Below, one piece after another: positions 57,366-64,000 of a DNA stretch of 64,000 nucleotides. This DNA comes from an uncultured Chloroflexia bacterium. GTDB lineage: Bacteria > Chloroflexota > Limnocylindria > Limnocylindrales > CSP1-4. The number at the start of each line of letters is the position of its first letter. Positions within the stretch are counted from its first letter, which is position 1. Where the stretch lies: the NCBI GenBank assembly GCA_963819655.1, contig CAWFXA010000003.1:800001-864000 (forward strand), read 5' to 3'. The notes under the pieces were generated by a model, which did no database searches, was not told the origin of the DNA, and saw nothing but the letters and a program-made list of their open reading frames with translations. A program made the position numbers and the translations under genes.

Positions 57366-58673
57366 TCACGCCGGGATCCCCTGGCGCAGCCGCATCGAGC
57401 GCCACGCCCGCTCGATCGTCTGTGTCCGCTCCGGCCCGACCGACACCAGCACGATCGGGACGCCGGCGTGCGACTCGATCGCCGAGACGTACCCGCGGGC
57501 GTTCTCCGGCAGGTCGCGCAGCGAGCGGATGTCGTTGAGCGGCTCGGCCCAGCCGGGGTACTCGTCAAAGATGGGCTTCGCGCGCGCGAGGGCCGCGCCA
57601 CTCGACGGCCAGGTCTCGATGCGGCGACCGTCGATCTCATAGGCCACACAGATCCGCAGCGTGTCGATCCCGGACAGGATGTCGAGCTTGTTGAGCATGA
57701 TCGAGCTGACGCTGTTGACCGCCACCGCATAGCGCAGCGGCACGGCGTCGAACCAGCCGACTCGCCGCGGTCGACCGGTCACCGTGCCGAATTCGTGGCC
57801 GCGCTCCGCGATCCCCTGTCCGATGCCGTCGAGCAGCTCCGTCGGGTACGGTCCCGAGCCGACGCGCGTCGAGTACGCCTTCATGACGCCGATGACCTCG
57901 TCGACCTGGAGCGGCCCGATGCCTCCGCCCGTGCACGCCCCGCCGGCGACCGGGTTCGAGGAGGTGACGTACGGGTAGCTCCCGTGATCGAGGTCGAGGA
58001 GTGTGCCCTGCGCGCCCTCGAGCAGGACGTGCTCGCCACGCGCGAGGGCCGCCTGGACCAGCCACGTCGTGTCGTCCAGGTGGTCGCGCAGGCGCTCGCC
58101 CCACCCGAGGGCCTCGTCGACGAGCGCATCGACGGTGAATGTCTCGCCGCCCATCGATGACAGCAGGAGGTTCTTGTCCGGCAGCAGTCGGCCGAGCCGT
58201 TCGCGGAGGATCTCGCGATCGAGCAGGTCCTCCATGCGCAGCCCCAGCCGCCACGCGCGGTCGGCGTACGCCGGCCCGATCCCGCGACCGGTCGTCCCGA
58301 CGGCCGCAGCCGCCAGGCGCGCCTCGTTCGCTTGGTCCAGCGCGAGGTGGTACGGCATGATCACGTGCGCGCTACGACTCACCCTGACCCGGGCGACGTC
58401 GATGCCGCGCTCGGTCAGCATGTCGAGCTCGGTGATGAGCGTCAGCGGGTTGACCACGACACCGTTGCCGATGACCGATGTGATGTGCGGGTACAGCACG
58501 CCGGACGGTGTCAGCCGCAGCTTGAAGACCTCGTCACCGCGGACGACAGTGTGGCCGGCGTTGTCGCCGCCCTGGTAGCGCACGACCATCGCGGTCTGCT
58601 CAGCCAGGAAATCGGTCGTCTTGCCCTTGCCCTCGTCGCCCCATTGCAGCCCGACGATCACGGTCGCCGGCAT
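57366..58673 (-). CDS. purA: adenylosuccinate synthetase
   Basis: QWGDEGKGK, QGGDNAGHT, EGAQG, GTVTGRPRRVGW. Confidence 0.97.
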   Translation of the reverse strand: MPATVIVGLQWGDEGKGKTTDFLAEQTAMVVRYQGGDNAGHTVVRGDEVFKLRLTPSGVLYPHITSVIGNGVVVNPLTLITELDMLTERGIDVARVRVSRSAHVIMPYHLALDQANEARLAAAAVGTTGRGIGPAYADRAWRLGLRMEDLLDREILRERLGRLLPDKNLLLSSMGGETFTVDALVDEALGWGERLRDHLDDTTWLVQAALARGEHVLLEGAQGTLLDLDHGSYPYVTSSNPVAGGACTGGGIGPLQVDEVIGVMKAYSTRVGSGPYPTELLDGIGQGIAERGHEFGTVTGRPRRVGWFDAVPLRYAVAVNSVSSIMLNKLDILSGIDTLRICVAYEIDGRRIETWPSSGAALARAKPIFDEYPGWAEPLNDIRSLRDLPENARGYVSAIESHAGVPIVLVSVGPERTQTIERAWRSMRLRQGIPA

Positions 58674-58711
58674 CAGAACGGCGCCCCGGACGGAGATGAC
58701 GAGCGCCCAAC

Positions 58712-58734
58712 AAAAAAGGCCCACAAAGGGCCTT
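58712..58734 (-). terminator. attenuator (intrinsic terminator) in the pur leader
   Basis: Minus strand AAGGCCC-TTTGT-GGGCC-TTTTTT, ending ~40 nt before the purA ATG. Confidence 0.85.
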
Positions 58735-58885
58735 GGGTAGACTGCTCCCGTGGTGCTCCGCCGATGCGTCGGCGGATCGCCGGTGGCTGGTCGCCCGACC
58801 GCCTCACCGGACGGCCGATGCGCCATTCTCGCGCGATCGTTGACCTCCTGTTCACGGGCGGACCCGCTGCGGTCGAGGACGGGCG
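58712..58885 (-). ncRNA. candidate riboswitch in the pur operon leader (ykkC/PRPP-like variant)
   Basis: Multi-stem leader with GGGUCCG...GUCAACGAUCGCGCG and CACC..GGG-loop-CCC-AAGG elements; the last element overlaps the terminator. Confidence 0.6.
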
Positions 58886-58886
58886 G

Positions 58887-58895
58887 AGTATAGCA
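58887..58895 (-). promoter_or_regulatory. extended -10 promoter of the pur operon
   Basis: Minus strand TG-c-TATACT directly upstream of the structured leader. Confidence 0.65.
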
Positions 58896-58994
58896 GCGGG
58901 TGTCGGGCCCTCGTCCATCGGCGGTACCACCGTCGGGAGGTCGCGGTACCACCGGCGGGTCCGTGTGCCCCGGCTCCGCCCCTAGCCTTGTCGG

Positions 58995-60728
<1,734 letters not shown>

Positions 60729-60879
60729 CTCTGGGGACCGTGCGGCTCTCGGGATAAGTCACCGGAGAGCCGTTGATATCTGGCGGTGCAGCCCTCCTTG
60801 CTAGCGTCCGGGTCGACACCCGCCGAATGACGCAGGGTCGGCGCCGGAGCATCCGACCGACCGGGAAGGAGATCGGACC

Positions 60880-61365
60880 GTGAACAAGGTCCTCCTCACG
60901 GGGCGCCTCACGCGCGACCCAGAGATGCGCAGCCTCGCCTCGGGGAAGAACGTCACGACGTTCACCGTCGCGAGCAATGAGTTCCTCGGTGGCGGCCGGG
61001 AGAAGGCCGAGTATTCCAACGTCGTCACGTGGGATCGGCTCGCGGAGATCGCCGGCACGTACCTCGGCAAGGGGCAGCAGGTGGCGATCGAGGGTCGGCT
61101 CCAGACGCGGTCCTGGGACGACGACCGCGGTGTCCGGCACTGGAAGACGGAGGTCGTCGCCTCACACGTCGAGATGCTGTCCGGCCGGCGGAAGAAGGAC
61201 TACGAGGCCCAGCAGGCCGCCGAGTCCCTCGTCGCCCAGGCAGAGCGACTCGGCGACGCGCCGCCGACCGACCCGATCCCGGAGTCGGCCGAGGCGATCG
61301 GCCCCGATGACGACGAGGACGATGAGGCGGAGGCCGATCCCGCCACCGAGGGCGCTGCCGCCTGA
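60880..61365 (+). CDS. ssb: single-stranded DNA-binding protein
   Basis: MNKVLLTGRLTRDPE, LGKGQQVAIEGRLQTRSW, acidic tail; AAGGAG RBS. Confidence 0.93.
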   Translation: MNKVLLTGRLTRDPEMRSLASGKNVTTFTVASNEFLGGGREKAEYSNVVTWDRLAEIAGTYLGKGQQVAIEGRLQTRSWDDDRGVRHWKTEVVASHVEMLSGRRKKDYEAQQAAESLVAQAERLGDAPPTDPIPESAEAIGPDDDEDDEAEADPATEGAAA

Positions 61366-61381
61366 CCAGATCCTCCCCGTT

Positions 61382-61424
61382 CGCGGCGGCGGCGCGTTCT
61401 CCCCTCCCGCGCCGTCGCCCGCGC
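61382..61424. terminator. GC-rich hairpin between convergent ssb and cax
   Basis: CGCGGCGGCGGCGCG...CGCGCCGTCGCCCGCG imperfect stem with no U-tract. Confidence 0.4.
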
Positions 61425-61432
61425 CGCGTCGC

Positions 61433-62569
61433 TCAGACGATCTCGAAGAACGACACCGCCAGGATCGCGTAGACGATGATCAACAGGGCACCCTCGAGCC
61501 AATTGGACTCGCCATCGAGCGCGATCAGCGCGCTGATGCCGACAGCCGCCGCGACCGCGGCCACCTCGAGCGGCGTGAAGACGAGATCCATCGGCTGGCC
61601 GAGCAGCGCGCCCAGCAGGACGAGCACAGGGGCGACGAACAGCGCGACCTGGAGGCTCGAGCCGTAGGCCACGGCCATCGCGAATTCCATCTTGTCCTTG
61701 GCCGCGAGCTGGACCGCGACGAGGTGCTCGGCAAGATTGCCGATCGTCGGGACGATGACGACCCCGACGAAGAACGCCGACAGCCCGAACGAGTCGATGA
61801 ACGACTCGATCGAGCTGACGAGGACCTCCGAGAGCACGGCCAGCAGCAGTGCTGCGCCGACGAGGACGCCGATCGCGACGCGCCCCGACCAGGCCGGGCC
61901 GCCGTGCCCGGCGCTCTCCCCGTGCCCGCCCAGCGTGTTGTCCGGGTTCGTGAACTGCCAGATCAGCGAGAGCGCGTAGCCGATCATGAGCGCGACGGAC
62001 ACAAGGACCGACTCTTCGGTGAGCGATCCCTGCGCCGGGTCGCTGGTGCTGAACGCGAAAACGGCAGGCACGAACAGCCCGATGACCGCCAGCACCAGCA
62101 GCGACGCATTGGACGCGGCGATGCGCTGACTGAACGTCTGTGTCCCGTGGCGCAGCCCGCCGAGCAGGATGCTCGCGCCGAGGACCAGCAACAGGTTGCC
62201 GATGATCGACCCGGTGATCGACGCCTTGACGACCTCGATGAGACCGGCCTGCAGGGCGAAGAAGGCGATGATCAGCTCGGCGATGTTGCCGAACGTCGCA
62301 TTGAGGATGCCGCCGACCTGCGGCCCGGTGAGCGATCCGAGGCGCTCGGTCGACAGGCCCACGACCCAGGCGAGGCCGAGGATCCCCGCGGCGGCGACCA
62401 CGAAAACGAGGGTCGAGTCGGCATGCAGCCCGAAGTCCAGGACGATCGCCAGGATGCTCGCGACGACCGTGAAGACGAGCGCGATGCGGCCGATCGTCGA
62501 TAGCTGACCGAAGACGGGGATGCCGCCCCGGCCACCGGGGGCGGGTGCGGGCGAAACCGCGGCGGTCAT
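61433..62569 (-). CDS. cax: Ca2+/H+ antiporter (CaCA/CAX family)
   Basis: NATFGNIAE, GSIIGNLLL, GNLAEH, GSSLQVALF, SNWLEG. Confidence 0.92.
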   Translation of the reverse strand: MTAAVSPAPAPGGRGGIPVFGQLSTIGRIALVFTVVASILAIVLDFGLHADSTLVFVVAAAGILGLAWVVGLSTERLGSLTGPQVGGILNATFGNIAELIIAFFALQAGLIEVVKASITGSIIGNLLLVLGASILLGGLRHGTQTFSQRIAASNASLLVLAVIGLFVPAVFAFSTSDPAQGSLTEESVLVSVALMIGYALSLIWQFTNPDNTLGGHGESAGHGGPAWSGRVAIGVLVGAALLLAVLSEVLVSSIESFIDSFGLSAFFVGVVIVPTIGNLAEHLVAVQLAAKDKMEFAMAVAYGSSLQVALFVAPVLVLLGALLGQPMDLVFTPLEVAAVAAAVGISALIALDGESNWLEGALLIIVYAILAVSFFEIV

Positions 62570-62578
62570 GCCGACATC

Positions 62579-63520
62579 CTACGGCGCGGTCTCGGCCAGG
62601 ATTCGGGTTGCCGCGGCCCGGCCCGGGTAAGAGGCCTGGGTCCCGCGCCGGGTCACGCTGTCGGCGGCGCCGGAACAGCCCAGCCGGACGGCGGCTTCGA
62701 CCGAGCGGCCCAGCGCGAGGCCGACGGCGAACGCCCCGACGAAGGCATCGCCCGCACCGGTCGTGTCGACCGCCTCGACGCGTGGCGCCGCGACACGGAA
62801 CGGGGTGCCGCCACGCGGCACGACCAGCGCGCCGCGCTCGCCGAGCGTGACGACGACCGACACGCCCAGCCTGTCGGCGAACGCGGCCACCACCGCGGCC
62901 TGCTCCTCGTCCGTCTCCCCCAGCCGGACCCCGGCGATCAGCTCGAACTCCGTCTCGTTCGGGACCAGCCAGTCCGTGACCCCGAGCAGCACCGAGTCGA
63001 GCGGGGCGGCCGGTGCCGGGTTCAGGACGGTCGTCGCACCGAGCGTGCGCGCTGCGGCGAACCCGGCCGCGGTCGTCGCCTGCGGGATCTCGAACTGCCC
63101 GATCACGACCTGCGGCCGTACCGTCTCGACGGCCTCGGCTGCCACGTCCGAACGGACCTCCAGGTTGGCGCCAGGGACGATGATGATGCGGTTCGTGCCC
63201 TTGCGGTCCACCCAGATCGGGGCGACACCCGATGACCCCGGCACGCGCCGGATGAAGGTCGTATCGATGCCTTCCGCGGCGAACTGACCCAGATACGCCG
63301 TGCCATGGTCATCCTCGCCGAGGGTGTTCACCATCGCCACCTCGGCCCCGAGACGCGCGGCCATCACCGCCTGGTTGGCGCCCTTACCCCCGAAGCCCGT
63401 CACGTAGCTCGACCCGACCACGGTCTCGCCGTCTCCCGGCAGCCGGTCGGCGTAGGCGACCAGATCGATCATCGTGCTCCCGACGACCACGATGCGCGCG
63501 TCGCCCACCTCACGCCCCAT
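62579..63520 (-). CDS. rbsK: ribokinase
   Basis: GGKGANQAV, LNPAP, PNETE, VTLGERG, DTTGAGDAF. Confidence 0.92.
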   Translation of the reverse strand: MGREVGDARIVVVGSTMIDLVAYADRLPGDGETVVGSSYVTGFGGKGANQAVMAARLGAEVAMVNTLGEDDHGTAYLGQFAAEGIDTTFIRRVPGSSGVAPIWVDRKGTNRIIIVPGANLEVRSDVAAEAVETVRPQVVIGQFEIPQATTAAGFAAARTLGATTVLNPAPAAPLDSVLLGVTDWLVPNETEFELIAGVRLGETDEEQAAVVAAFADRLGVSVVVTLGERGALVVPRGGTPFRVAAPRVEAVDTTGAGDAFVGAFAVGLALGRSVEAAVRLGCSGAADSVTRRGTQASYPGRAAATRILAETAP

Positions 63521-63530
63521 CGCTACCTCC

Positions 63531-64000
63531 TCACGCCCGCGTCATCGACCGGATACCGACCAGGATCACGCCGACGAACAGGGTACCGGCCAGCACGAAC
63601 ACGGCGCCGACCACCGCCGGCGAGAACAGGACATCCGGCGTTCGGTCGGCGCTCCAGGTCGAGAGCGCGACCACCGTTCCGACGATGCCGGCCACCAGAC
63701 CGGCGATCGCCACCGCGATGTCGCGCGGACCGGACCGGATCTGCCGGTACGACGTCCGCTCGCCGGCTCCGAACGCGCGCGATTCGAGGCCGATCGTCAG
63801 CTGCTGGACCCGCTCGAACGCCCCGGCGAAGACCGGCACGAACGAAGGCAGGACAGCGCGGAACCCGGAACGTCGCATCCCGCGCGCGCGCTGCGCCGCC
63901 AGGACCAGCGCGAACTCTCGCTGCAGGATCGGGATGAGCTGGAGAGTCATCGACAGCATCAGGTTGGCCACGTACGGGACGCGTAGCCGGCCCAATGCCG
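63531..64000 (-). CDS. ECF transporter transmembrane (T) component, 5' truncated
   Basis: AQRARG and LESRAF (two X-R-X motifs) plus TM helices. Confidence 0.8.
   Translation of the reverse strand, partial: ALGRLRVPYVANLMLSMTLQLIPILQREFALVLAAQRARGMRRSGFRAVLPSFVPVFAGAFERVQQLTIGLESRAFGAGERTSYRQIRSGPRDIAVAIAGLVAGIVGTVVALSTWSADRTPDVLFSPAVVGAVFVLAGTLFVGVILVGIRSMTRA

Noticed and set aside
58712-58885. ZTP (pfl) or guanine riboswitch
   Set aside because: Only partial look-alikes (GAAUGGCG, GGGAGC, GUCUAC). The ZTP 3' CGCCUGGG hairpin and the purine-class L3 CCGUAAA are absent, so a ykkC-type layout fits better.

Overview
A very GC-rich bacterial chromosomal window dominated by core genes. Gene content and style suggest Chloroflexota, possibly Limnocylindria; this is inference only. 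It carries dnaE, a nucleoside uptake/salvage cluster (BMP-type ABC transporter, nucleoside hydrolase, DeoD-type phosphorylase), gatCAB, ligA, pcrA, groES-groEL with a perfect CIRCE operator, tatD, metG and a long purine operon (purA-D-B-C-S-Q-L-F-M-N/H). Further right are a HAMP-GGDEF-HD-GYP protein, ssb, a Ca2+/H+ antiporter and ribokinase. No integrase, transposase, CRISPR array, tRNA or rRNA was recognised. Seven genes are broken by ten frameshifts, all consistent with one extra base, most likely consensus errors. Main signals: (1) a structured pur-operon leader resembling a divergent ykkC/PRPP-class riboswitch whose 3' end overlaps an intrinsic terminator; (2) two inverted arrays of a hairpin-rich 122-bp repeat 15 kb apart, one inside gatCAB and one next to a 170-bp MITE-like element; (3) a separate 52-bp palindrome-bearing tandem array; (4) an in-frame PurN-PurH fusion; (5) a MetRS with GVHT in place of HIGH; (6) a large modular copper-radical oxidase.
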